Below, in pieces: positions 1 to 9,239 of a stretch of DNA of 32,000 bases. Every line of letters begins with the position of its first letter. Within the stretch, counting starts at the first letter, position 1. The stretch lies in assembly GCA_021498095.1 (NCBI GenBank), contig JAIZWK010000001.1:330001-362000 (forward strand). Reading direction: 5' to 3'. Both the position numbers and the translations under genes were made by a program. Source of the stretch: Candidatus Harpocratesius repetitus. GTDB taxonomy: Archaea; Asgardarchaeota; Lokiarchaeia; Sigyniarchaeales; Promethearchaeaceae. Under the pieces are notes generated by a model. The model did no database searches. It was given only the letters and a program-made list of their open reading frames with translations, and was not told the DNA's origin.

Positions 1-2269
1 CAAACAAATTCGTATCCCATGGAAATCCTTCATAAAAACCTTTATCAAAAATCATTTTAATTATCTGCAATCCTGCTTCAACCCGTCCCAGATATATGGC
101 TTCAAAGGCTTGATATGAAATGGACTGCCATACATAATTACCCATATATTTCTCACCTTGAAGATGACCGTAAACTTGCTCAATTCCTTTAATATTGGCT
201 TCTAAATAGGGAAGTGGCATTGTTGCTTGTTTTTTAAAGTAACTAAACTTATGAGAATCTACTAAAGTCTGAGTTTGCAATTGACTCATTTTCAGACTTT
301 TTTCAAATTCAAGTACAGGTTTTAATCCAGAATAGCGGGAAAACCAATCGCCTGCCAAAGCACCGGTAAAAATAGTATCTTTATCAAATGAAGTTCGAAA
401 ATATCCTTTTTCATTCCATAAATCATACTCAATTTTTGTCAAAACTTTTGAGTATAGATTGTATATATCTTTTGCAGTTTCTTGATGGTGAATTAAGTTC
501 TCTGTGTCAAATTTCTGCATTTTTAAAGCAAGTTGATGAAGCATTTGTAGAGTACTAAGATATAATATTGCACTGTAAATGAATCCACGACCAAATTCCA
601 TCACATCATAGGTAGTAATTCCTTCTGGAATATTATCAATTGAAACGCGCTGAAGATATTTCCACATGGTTAAAAAACGCTTCCAATATTTTTTCAGATA
701 ATCAGTTTTACCTTCATTTAAAATCCAACGCCCCATTTGTAAAATTTGACTCATTGTTAAATCCACCCATTCCCTCTTGCCCTTATTAATTATTTTTATG
801 GGACGACCATAAGGAACTTCAGCCGTACCCAAAGCAATATCACAATTACCATTTCCATGAGGAACTTTCCCATTTTCAGTTAATTCTAAAAATGTAAGGA
901 CTTCAGATTCATTCAAGGATGGAAAAAATATAGAAAGAAATATATGACTGGATAAACGTTGATCGTTGGTTCCTGTCAAACCACCAAATGGCCAATCCCA
1001 AGGCACACCCTCAATTGTGTAAAATTTACCTTCTTTCGTGAATACTGAATTAGTTATTATAGCATCCATAGAATTAAGTAAATAATTTTGCAACCAAACA
1101 GGTAAATTAGAATCGGTTAAAATATATTCGAGTGATAAAGATTCAGTATAGAGCATATCGTGGTTATTTACAATATATTTTGATAATTGATCAACAGTTT
1201 GAAAATGATTTAAATAATAATGTCCATAATCAATACCCCAATGTTGGTTAATTAATTTTCGGATTCGTTGCTTTTTTTCAATGACATGCTCCGGCATCCA
1301 CCAAACGACATAAAAATCAACCAAAATATTTGATTCAGGTTCAACCATGAATTTGACAGCAAAAGCTCCACTTTTACCAGTCGAATCTGTCTGCTCATCT
1401 ATTGTTCCATCTACAGAAAACTGCTCCAAAATTGAAGCACGCTCAGCAGATTCATCCCATTGTAGACACTTGGTAATATATAACCGAGATTGAGTTCGAA
1501 TATCTGGTGTATGACAGAATACGTAATAACTCCCTACCACACGGCGCATTGGATCAATTTTTGAGGGATTTAATTTAGTTCCATACATTAAGCCTGAACC
1601 AAAATCTTGTTCTAAATTTTGAATGAAATTATCATTAGATTTATTATATTTTACAGGACCATCAAATGGAACAAGATATTTTGATCCTCCGCTCCCTCCA
1701 ATTCCTAAAATGTTTTGAAAACTAAAAAGTATGGAAGTAAAAATTGGATTATATGTAGGATTTGATATTTTAAACCGAAATACAGATACGGGTAAGGAGG
1801 AATCCTTAGGATTATGAGGTATGAAAGGTGTAAATCCATTCAATTCAATTTTTAAAGGAATGTTAGAATCACCATATAAAATCTGAAAACGGGGAAATTT
1901 TCCTTCAAAAAGAACATTTTCGATTGGATCTATGTTTTTATACTCGGAATTTACTAAAGAATTTTCATAAGATCGCCTTAAAATCCGTGTCGCCATAGTT
2001 TCATCTTGCTTCATCCAAAGTGCGAAAAATGTACCTTTAGTCTCTTTTACTGGTTGAAACCAATTATGATTTGTTTGCCAATTTCCAAATCCACCATCGG
2101 TAAATATCCGAAATCCCCCTGTTCCAATTCCACCTAAAGGAAATCCTTTGGATGTTCGGTAGTTTGCATAACGGTTAGTATCTGGGTCATAATTGGCACG
2201 TAAGTGCGGATGATTTGGATCATATGCACTATTAGCTTGACTTTTAACACCGTCCGAATGTGATTTCAT
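1..2269 (-). CDS. GH116 family glycoside hydrolase (non-lysosomal glucosylceramidase/GBA2-like), 3'-partial, runs off the window start
   Basis: Absent from the ORF track. Manual translation from ATG 2269 gives MKSHSDG...KGFPLGGIGTGGFRIFTDGGFGNWQ, the GH116 N-terminal motif. The same frame at positions 2-31 reads EGFPWDTNLF. TTG 2278 is an alternative start. Confidence 0.85.
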   Translation of the reverse strand, partial: MKSHSDGVKSQANSAYDPNHPHLRANYDPDTNRYANYRTSKGFPLGGIGTGGFRIFTDGGFGNWQTNHNWFQPVKETKGTFFALWMKQDETMATRILRRSYENSLVNSEYKNIDPIENVLFEGKFPRFQILYGDSNIPLKIELNGFTPFIPHNPKDSSLPVSVFRFKISNPTYNPIFTSILFSFQNILGIGGSGGSKYLVPFDGPVKYNKSNDNFIQNLEQDFGSGLMYGTKLNPSKIDPMRRVVGSYYVFCHTPDIRTQSRLYITKCLQWDESAERASILEQFSVDGTIDEQTDSTGKSGAFAVKFMVEPESNILVDFYVVWWMPEHVIEKKQRIRKLINQHWGIDYGHYYLNHFQTVDQLSKYIVNNHDMLYTESLSLEYILTDSNLPVWLQNYLLNSMDAIITNSVFTKEGKFYTIEGVPWDWPFGGLTGTNDQRLSSHIFLSIFFPSLNESEVLTFLELTENGKVPHGNGNCDIALGTAEVPYGRPIKIINKGKREWVDLTMSQILQMGRWILNEGKTDYLKKYWKRFLTMWKYLQRVSIDNIPEGITTYDVMEFGRGFIYSAILYLSTLQMLHQLALKMQKFDTENLIHHQETAKDIYNLYSKVLTKIEYDLWNEKGYFRTSFDKDTIFTGALAGDWFSRYSGLKPVLEFEKSLKMSQLQTQTLVDSHKFSYFKKQATMPLPYLEANIKGIEQVYGHLQGEKYMGNYVWQSISYQAFEAIYLGRVEAGLQIIKMIFDKGFYEGFPWDTNLF

Positions 2270-2419
2270 TGCGCTCAATACATTATTCTTTTCGATTATT
2301 ATAAGCTTTATTTATTTTGCAATGCAAAAACATTCATATGACATTTACTTTTTTGATTTTTTTTTGTCATAATATTTAATTCCAAATATGAAAAAGAAGT
2401 GAAAAAAATTCGAAGATTT

Positions 2420-2875
2420 TTATGGATCGAACATGTTAGATCCGCAATTAGAACAAAATCGGGCATCAATTGGGTTTAAAGCCCCGCACATACTGCAAGT
2501 CTTCTGTTTTGGAACACCAGAAGTTGGACGATAAGTTGATTGTGAAGATTCCCTTGTAGAACTACTCGAAGAACCATCAGGTTGACCATATAAATTGGTT
2601 GAATCTGGTTGTCCATATCCTGAATAGGAAGATGATGAAAACCCAGGTTCACCTCCAATTGGAGCCAATGGGGGATGACTTGAGCGAACTATTAAGTATA
2701 CCACCCCTCCAATACACCACCCACAGCAACAAGTTAGGATTACATAACCAGTTGGTTCTATTCCTCTAGTTCTTGCATCCTTTGCAATTATATATGCAAC
2801 AATAATTGTTATTATTGTACTGAAAATTAATCCTGAAGTACTTATTGAAAAATCATAATCATATTGAAAGAGCAT
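2420..2875 (-). CDS. Membrane protein with two N-terminal TM helices, an S/G/Q/Y-rich linker and a C-terminal zinc ribbon
   Basis: Hydrophobic segments at about aa 16-30 and 45-63; linker containing YGQPD twice; CSMCGALNPIDARFCSNCG zinc-ribbon motif. Confidence 0.75.
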   Translation of the reverse strand: MLFQYDYDFSISTSGLIFSTIITIIVAYIIAKDARTRGIEPTGYVILTCCCGWCIGGVVYLIVRSSHPPLAPIGGEPGFSSSSYSGYGQPDSTNLYGQPDGSSSSSTRESSQSTYRPTSGVPKQKTCSMCGALNPIDARFCSNCGSNMFDP

Positions 2876-2948
2876 AATAGTATTATTGGTTATATATTTA
2901 TAAATTTATAATGTAATTTAAAAGTGAGAAGAATTTACCTTATATAGA

Positions 2949-3779
2949 ATGGGTAAAGATGAGAATCCATCAAAAATGAAAGTCTTAGAAAATATTCCAA
3001 TAAATTATTCTCAATTAAATTCTACCAGATTGAATAATCAATCAAACATTATAGAAAAAACAATTAATATCAATCAATCAAATATTATAAAACAATCAGA
3101 TATTATCGAACAGTTAAATATTAATGAACAATTTAATATCAATAAACAATCAAAGAATAAAAATAACATAAAGCATTCCAAAAATCTAAGAATAAAAGCA
3201 TATTTACAAAAAAATTGGATTTCACTTTTCTCACATCATCCTCCATGTTCTCATTTTCAAGATCATACATTCAGAATAGGCAAATATCATTTTTGTATTG
3301 GTTGTTATATAGGATATCCTGCAGGATTTCTTGGGATTTTATTAGGCAATATTATTCTTCTGCAAAATTGGCTGTTAAATATAGTTTTATTAATTTTTGG
3401 ATTAATAGGCTTTGTTTTAGGATATATTCCAAGCTTTTTTCATTGGATTCATAGAAAACCGCTAAAAATGCTGCAAAAATTTATTATAGGCATATCTGGA
3501 GGCATTTTACTGTTTTCTATTTATAAAATTCTTCCAGTTTCTCCTTTTTTCAAGTTTTTAAATACATTTTTCGCTTTTAATATCATAATGGCACCAGTTT
3601 TTTTAAAGCATTACTTCAGTATGCGCAATATTTGTGATACCTGTCCCGACAAGTGGAATCCAGAAAAATGTCCTGTGAAATTTTGTTTGGCTAAGCGTCC
3701 TTCTTCCTTTTCCAATTCTTCAAATTTCTCAAACTCTTTTCACAATTCTCATACTTCAGATTCTTCAGATTCTTCATAA
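2949..3779 (+). CDS. DUF2085-like Cys/His membrane protein with low-complexity N- and C-terminal extensions
   Basis: HHPPCSH...FRIGKYHFCIGCYIGY resembles the DUF2085 CxxCxGxYxG motif; about four TM segments follow; extra C-terminal CDTC...C. Confidence 0.55.
   Translation: MGKDENPSKMKVLENIPINYSQLNSTRLNNQSNIIEKTININQSNIIKQSDIIEQLNINEQFNINKQSKNKNNIKHSKNLRIKAYLQKNWISLFSHHPPCSHFQDHTFRIGKYHFCIGCYIGYPAGFLGILLGNIILLQNWLLNIVLLIFGLIGFVLGYIPSFFHWIHRKPLKMLQKFIIGISGGILLFSIYKILPVSPFFKFLNTFFAFNIIMAPVFLKHYFSMRNICDTCPDKWNPEKCPVKFCLAKRPSSFSNSSNFSNSFHNSHTSDSSDSS
3039..3164 (+). repeat. Degenerate 18-bp in-frame tandem repeat (about 7 units)
   Basis: Units encode QSNIIE / KTININ / QSNIIK / QSDIIE / QLNINE / QFNINK / QSKNKN. 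Confidence 0.7.
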
Positions 3780-3837
3780 TCAAAATGTTTTAAACACTTT
3801 TGTAATATTTTTATAATACTTTTGAAATATAACTATC

Positions 3838-4722
3838 TTACATTATCAATTCATAACCGCTTTTCAATTTAAACTTAGGCCGAAAGTTTTTTGCCCACCT
3901 TATATATTCCTTTCGCAGTTCTTTTTCTGGAATCTGTTCGGCAGCAATTAAAGCATAATCCATAAATTTAATCCGCTCAGCAGTCCATGTAGTTTCAAAC
4001 CCGTATTCTTCAAAAAATAGCTTCTCCCACTCCTTATAACGCTCGATATTCTCCTGCTTTCGGGGATGGATGAACGAATCAAAAATCAGCATAAAATTTT
4101 CGCTGTTTTCAAACTGGGTGCAGTCCCAGAACTCAATCGGCAGAAATGAAATGTGAGGTATATGAGGAAGATTTGAAATATTAATCCATAGTTCAGGATT
4201 ATGGGTAAATTCAATCGGAATCTCTTTTAATTCCCGCAAACTCCTAAATTTCAATTTTTCTAATGAAATACAGAATGCCCAATTTATGGGAACCTGCTTC
4301 ATGCGGTGCTTTCCATCGTTTTTGGGCGGCAGCGTTATTTTTTCACCATCGAACATTTTTTCATGCCACTCGCAAAGAAAGTCTTCACCGATTGAAATTT
4401 CCCGCAGGCGATAGCAGTGGGCGAAATCTATGTTGTAGTCGTCTAAAACGGCAGCAATAGTTTCAAATTTTTGCAAATATTGGTATTGGTCGCATTTAAG
4501 CGGAATTTTTATATTATTAAAAAAAGAAATACGTATATTTTTTATTTTTGGCGGCCATTTAACCACCCGCAGCTGATCTTTTCCAGTTATTACAATTTCT
4601 TTGCAGTTGATGAAGGCTGAAAAATCTGCTTCATTATTGGGAAAATTACAATAACCAACATGAAGCTTATACACTTTATCTATATCTTTCCATTTTTTAA
4701 CATTAAAATCTTGCCTTACCAA
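3838..4722 (-). CDS. Hypothetical protein with degenerate leucine-rich-repeat-like units
   Basis: 294-aa ORF with recurring units DFSAFINCKEIVI, DFAHCYRLREISI, NWAFCISLEKLKFRSLRELKEIP. Confidence 0.55.
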   Translation of the reverse strand: MVRQDFNVKKWKDIDKVYKLHVGYCNFPNNEADFSAFINCKEIVITGKDQLRVVKWPPKIKNIRISFFNNIKIPLKCDQYQYLQKFETIAAVLDDYNIDFAHCYRLREISIGEDFLCEWHEKMFDGEKITLPPKNDGKHRMKQVPINWAFCISLEKLKFRSLRELKEIPIEFTHNPELWINISNLPHIPHISFLPIEFWDCTQFENSENFMLIFDSFIHPRKQENIERYKEWEKLFFEEYGFETTWTAERIKFMDYALIAAEQIPEKELRKEYIRWAKNFRPKFKLKSGYELIM

Positions 4723-4894
4723 TATTAATTCTAATTTATCGTTATAAACTTGAATATATTCAACATATTTAGGTTTTTTATGCTACATTACATCTCATCC
4801 ACTTTTTTTTTCCATTTACTTTATTTTCTTATCCAATGTATATTAAAAAAAAACGATATTAAAAAATTAACCTACTCTCGGGCAGACCAACCTT

Positions 4895-6256
4895 CTATCC
4901 GACAAATCCCTCAATCGCATCCAAATATGCATCAAAATTGTTCATGGCACTTTCATCGGCATATTCTTCGTAGTATAAGCGCATTTCGTTCTTGTATTTC
5001 AGATAGTATGCGAAACACTGCTTCAGCATCATTAACTGCGAATTTGAATTGAAGATGCTCACGGGATTTTCTATCTGGGCATACCACCGGTCGAGTCGGG
5101 AGTCAAATTGAATGTTGCCGTTCTCATCTAAAGTGGGAACGAAGTATTCGATTAATTTACCATCATTTGTTTTGTAGGTTTTAATTTCACCTTTAACGCC
5201 GAATGCCTTGATGATACCCTCGAGTCGGTTCCATGTGGCAATGTATGCATTTCTATTACCACCTTTTGATTTCATCATCAACTTAATATCGTTGTAAAAC
5301 CTTTTCTTTTTTAAATATGAATCTTTCAAATCCTGCTCGGATGAATGCAGCGTATACTGCTCATAAACCCACTTTGCCAGCACGGATACTGAGTCTCGGA
5401 TGCTGGACCCTTGAAATTCGGCGAGATTGCGGAGGTTGAAAAAGGCACGGGCATCTTCAAGTTCAATCAGCACCATTTTTTCAGGATGCCCATGAATTTC
5501 ATCTCTCATTATATCACTAAATGTTTTGATAGCTTCATAGGTCCCCAGAATATTAATCATTGATAAGCCATTCTGGAAGGCAGTCCAAATTTTACGGGTC
5601 TTCTTTGTATAATATTCGATATCCTCTGCATCCGCTCCATGCATTCCCACGCCGTAAATACCGGGATACCGCCAATTAACCGCACTGCCGTCCGCTCCAA
5701 ATAAATTCAGCATATTCTCAAATACCAGAAAATCCATAACGAAGCGCTCAATTCCATTATTTATATCGGGTTCGTTTGTTTTATAATATTCTCTTTTAAC
5801 AGGGTCCCACAAATCCATGGAAAACTGCGGAATTATCATGGAATAGGGCGAAGGCGTGGTAGGGACAATGTCTTTAACGGCATCTGAAATGGGGGTGCCG
5901 AGCTGGAAGAATTTGATTGTATGATCCTTATCATTTTGAATTTGACCAGCCATACTTTCGAAAACCAACACTTCTCTTCCCGAATCGATTACTTCGCTTT
6001 TAATCATTCCGAATTGTATGAAATTAGCAATAAAGGCGATTTTTTTGGCACCTATAATGATAATTGGGTCGGGAAGAGCGCTGGGGGGCATATAGTAGTG
6101 ATGATCATCGATTACTTTTTCGCTGAGATAGTTTTTAACTCTATCTTGATTTAGATATTCTAATTTGTTTTTAATCAGATAGTCAATTGTGGAACGGAGT
6201 GCCTCGATATTGGTAAAAAGGGATGCCAAAGAAATCCATGCTGCGTGCATCAGCAC
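4895..6256 (-). CDS. Hypothetical protein, probably the 3' part of a longer frameshifted gene
   Basis: 453-aa ORF with GTG start and no clear SD; the frame stays open upstream to 6373, overlapping the previous ORF across an A10 run. Confidence 0.7.
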   Translation of the reverse strand: MLMHAAWISLASLFTNIEALRSTIDYLIKNKLEYLNQDRVKNYLSEKVIDDHHYYMPPSALPDPIIIIGAKKIAFIANFIQFGMIKSEVIDSGREVLVFESMAGQIQNDKDHTIKFFQLGTPISDAVKDIVPTTPSPYSMIIPQFSMDLWDPVKREYYKTNEPDINNGIERFVMDFLVFENMLNLFGADGSAVNWRYPGIYGVGMHGADAEDIEYYTKKTRKIWTAFQNGLSMINILGTYEAIKTFSDIMRDEIHGHPEKMVLIELEDARAFFNLRNLAEFQGSSIRDSVSVLAKWVYEQYTLHSSEQDLKDSYLKKKRFYNDIKLMMKSKGGNRNAYIATWNRLEGIIKAFGVKGEIKTYKTNDGKLIEYFVPTLDENGNIQFDSRLDRWYAQIENPVSIFNSNSQLMMLKQCFAYYLKYKNEMRLYYEEYADESAMNNFDAYLDAIEGFVG

Positions 6257-6300
6257 CCATTCGTGAATTTGAGTGGCAGAATTTAAATTGTTGACCCTGT

Positions 6301-6780
6301 TTAATCTTTTTTTTTTATATATTGTAAATATTCGCTGTATCCTAATCTTTTCTGCAAAAATTGGGTCAAATAATCAGCAGCACCTCCAAGATTAACTGCA
6401 ATTTTATGATCAGTATAACCACCTGCATCTTGGGAAATTTTGCTGATTCTACTTAAAATATTTTCAATTCGCTTAATTCCCCAATAATTCCATACTAATG
6501 TTTTCAAATCGAGAAATGTTTTTATATTATGGACAATCCGCCAGTATTTACTTGCCTCATCTGCTTCAAACAATTCCTTTATTTCGCTGATATATTTCAA
6601 TCCATCTAAGGATTCATCGAAAAAGTGCTCTTTTAATTCTGTGCCGGCGCCGGGAAGGTCTTTATCCAAAGCGTTAAAATCAAAAAATAAGTCTTTAAGC
6701 TGCTCTGCAATATCGGGAACATTCTTATAAATATTTTTTAATGATGTTCTAATTCTTTGTAAGCCTGATTTAAAATTCAA
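6301..6780 (-). CDS. Hypothetical helical protein, probably an internal fragment
   Basis: 159-aa ORF with TTG start inside the upstream gene; frame open upstream to 6852; ends ...YIKKKD* at the A10 run. Confidence 0.6.
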   Translation of the reverse strand: MNFKSGLQRIRTSLKNIYKNVPDIAEQLKDLFFDFNALDKDLPGAGTELKEHFFDESLDGLKYISEIKELFEADEASKYWRIVHNIKTFLDLKTLVWNYWGIKRIENILSRISKISQDAGGYTDHKIAVNLGGAADYLTQFLQKRLGYSEYLQYIKKKD

Positions 6781-7978
6781 TTGAAGTTGATATTCGATGT
6801 GAACGCGCTTGGCTGAGATGCGTGAGTTGATAGATGAGATTGCGGTAAAACTTTATAGATTGAAAGCGAAAAGCACGATGAAAGGTTTGCAGTGTGAAAG
6901 TATAGGGAATGGAAATCTGTTCTGAATCCACATTTTGAATAATACTTGTCTGCAGGTTGGAATCATTTAAAACGGATTGTGGTGAAAAAAGAGTAAATAG
7001 TTCAAATGGTTTATGATGGTGGCGGATTAGAAACGATCTTCTAAGAAAATCTATTACTAAAATCATGCAGAAAAATCCAAAAAATATTCCTAAAAACCAA
7101 TTTCTCAGAAGCGATGCTTGAAAAGAATAAAAAGTTAACCCTATCCCTAATCCAATAATAAAGAAAAGCGAAGAAAGTGAACGAAAAATCCCAATCCATA
7201 AAAATCGGCTATTCCTAATCTCACAAATTGATTGCTGACCTGCATTACCTTGAATAACATTCATCAATCCTTCGAATGTAAGTGCTTCAAATCGGTAGTG
7301 GGGAAATTCAGCTTCGATTACCGACTGCAGTATTGTTAAAGCTTCATCGGTCTTTCGCAAAAGTTTCAGCATTTTCCCCCGATTGGGTGCATTTAACCTT
7401 TTAGTCACAACCAAATGATAAGAAAATTCCCGGGGTATCTTGCTTCCATCCAGTGAAATCCGTATGGTTAGTGGTATATTGTGCCACATTTGATATAATC
7501 TGCGCATCAAATCAGCAAAATTCGGTCGAATATGAACACTTGTGGCCGATAATCGAAATCCTGCATGAATAAAGCAGATCCCCGTTCTCAAATTCTGCAT
7601 AATGAGAAAAGAGTGAATAAAGTTGTATTCATCGAATTCTACAGGTGGTATTGTTCCGATAAGCAGGTGATCGGGGTGCATCAACTTTCGAGAGCCGTTA
7701 TAGAGGGTGGTACGAACATGTCGGGAATTATCATAAAACCAAAGCAGAAGCCACATGATTTCAGCACACAGCCAAGATATCAACATGCTTGAATCTTGAT
7801 TGATTGTGGCGGAGATTACGCCCATTACAATAAAGATAACAAATCCAATTAATGCGGTAATGGTATGGGTTCGCAGTTGGGGGCGGTTAATATCCGTGAA
7901 TACTCTAGGCGAGAATGGGATTATTTGAGGATTTTTTGCAGGCATATAATTGTGAATGATTGATGTATTTAAATCCAA
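6770..7978 (-). CDS. Hypothetical multi-pass membrane protein, possibly truncated or frameshifted at its 3' end
   Basis: 402-aa ORF with two pairs of hydrophobic helices (about aa 38-80 and 258-311) separated by a soluble domain; no Walker A motif. Confidence 0.7.
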   Translation of the reverse strand: MDLNTSIIHNYMPAKNPQIIPFSPRVFTDINRPQLRTHTITALIGFVIFIVMGVISATINQDSSMLISWLCAEIMWLLLWFYDNSRHVRTTLYNGSRKLMHPDHLLIGTIPPVEFDEYNFIHSFLIMQNLRTGICFIHAGFRLSATSVHIRPNFADLMRRLYQMWHNIPLTIRISLDGSKIPREFSYHLVVTKRLNAPNRGKMLKLLRKTDEALTILQSVIEAEFPHYRFEALTFEGLMNVIQGNAGQQSICEIRNSRFLWIGIFRSLSSLFFIIGLGIGLTFYSFQASLLRNWFLGIFFGFFCMILVIDFLRRSFLIRHHHKPFELFTLFSPQSVLNDSNLQTSIIQNVDSEQISIPYTFTLQTFHRAFRFQSIKFYRNLIYQLTHLSQARSHRISTSIEF

Positions 7979-8014
7979 AAATTAAAAAAAATAGAAAAAG
8001 GAAAAAATGCAATA

Positions 8015-8170
8015 CTATATTTTATAGGGTTTTCGTTTATTCTTGAAAAAAATTCGCAGTACAGCTAAAGAAAAAACAATCATCACTATTATGCTTGTAA
8101 ATGCTCCAAATACTATTCTGCATAATGTAACAAATTGCATAAATCGCTCATATAATCCTGGAATCATCAT
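8015..8170 (-). CDS. Small 51-aa membrane protein (below the ORF-track cutoff)
   Basis: Manual translation MMIPGLYERFMQFVTLCRIVFGAFTSIIVMIVFSLAVLRIFFKNKRKPYKI*: a long hydrophobic helix then a basic tail; ends 36 bp before the co-oriented membrane gene. Confidence 0.45.
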   Translation of the reverse strand: MMIPGLYERFMQFVTLCRIVFGAFTSIIVMIVFSLAVLRIFFKNKRKPYKI

Positions 8171-8209
8171 GTTATAAGAATGAAGAATAGTTATAAGAAT
8201 GAAGAATAG
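8171..8209. repeat. Exact 19-bp tandem duplication GTTATAAGAATGAAGAATA x2
   Basis: Read directly at 8171-8189 and 8190-8208, plus a trailing G. Confidence 0.9.
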
Positions 8210-8250
8210 ATATTTATAATTGGACCAAGAATTTTTACGATATTAGCCCC

Positions 8251-8628
8251 TTGTTATTCAAATTTTTATATCGAATGGCATTCAAGGGCATCAAGGATAC
8301 TGAATCGAACGCATATTGCAGGCATAATATTTTAATTCATGCAATAAAAAATAACCACAGTCAGAAAGATTGGATTAAATGTTTCGAAGATTTACAAGAT
8401 ATCTTAGATAAGAACACCAATGGCACTCATATTCCGATGCAAGCTTATGAACAATCCGTTGGTTCTGTTGATGCACTGTTGATTGGAATGAATGTGGGCA
8501 GCATCAACTTTACAGAGATGATAGATGTTTATCCTCTTGTTGATATTGAAGATATGCAGATCATTGATTTTATTCCAGCCGATAAGAGCGACAAGTATCA
8601 CTTATATGAGGATCAATTTCTTTATTAA
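8251..8628 (+). CDS. Hypothetical protein
   Basis: 125-aa ORF, TTG start, acidic C-terminal half, no family recognised. Confidence 0.45.
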   Translation: MLFKFLYRMAFKGIKDTESNAYCRHNILIHAIKNNHSQKDWIKCFEDLQDILDKNTNGTHIPMQAYEQSVGSVDALLIGMNVGSINFTEMIDVYPLVDIEDMQIIDFIPADKSDKYHLYEDQFLY

Positions 8629-8814
8629 CCATCTTATTCATCTTTCTCTAATCGTTTTTTGCTTTATACTCGATTTTCCTACTGCCAATCTTTAATAATA
8701 TATTTTTCAATCCTTTTTTTACATGCTATACTATAGAATAAGAACAATCGAAAATGAAAGATAAATTAAGCCAAAAAAAAGAAGATAAAAACCGAGAAAA
8801 AAATTTTTTATTAA

Positions 8815-9138
8815 CTAACACCAGGATTTTACCGATTTAATCAACTCATCTTGATGCTCTTCCATATATTCGACCCATTCTTCATCAGTGAGCTTCATAC
8901 TCAATTCTTCATAACCGCCGATACTTTGCATTCTTTCAACCAACCAATTAAAGCGATTGTAAGAGCAGTAATAATCGAATGTGATTTTCAGCTCTTGTTT
9001 AGACAATTTTTCTTTTTTCAAATTTTTCAAATTTTTCAGGTATTCATTATATCTTTTTTTTACATCAGGTCGGGAAAAATATTCGAAAGGATTAAATGCT
9101 TCTTCTTTTTTGGGTTGTGCATCTGCCATGATAATCAA
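8815..9138 (-). CDS. Hypothetical small charged protein (likely start ATG 9129, MADAQP...)
   Basis: Protein-like charged helical composition; the opposite-strand ORFs here are F/I-rich shadows. Confidence 0.65.
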   Translation of the reverse strand: MIIMADAQPKKEEAFNPFEYFSRPDVKKRYNEYLKNLKNLKKEKLSKQELKITFDYYCSYNRFNWLVERMQSIGGYEELSMKLTDEEWVEYMEEHQDELIKSVKSWC

Positions 9139-9227
9139 ATATTTGATAAGCTGTTGTCAATTTAAGAATTGCACGATTTTGATTTGATAGATTATTAATC
9201 TCCACTCACCTTACAGCATAGAATAGC

Positions 9228-9239
9228 AAAAAAAAAAAA
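9228..9239 (-). terminator. T12 tract just downstream of tnpA (archaeal oligo-U terminator candidate)
   Basis: A12 on the + strand, 12 bp after the tnpA stop. Confidence 0.5.

Noticed and set aside
6040-6110. LPDPIIIIGAKK as a PD-(D/E)xK nuclease site
   Set aside because: The spacing is too short and Gly occupies the acidic position.
4895-7978. VirB4/HerA/FtsK ATPase call for the frameshifted ORFs
   Set aside because: No Walker A/B motif found in any of the three translations.
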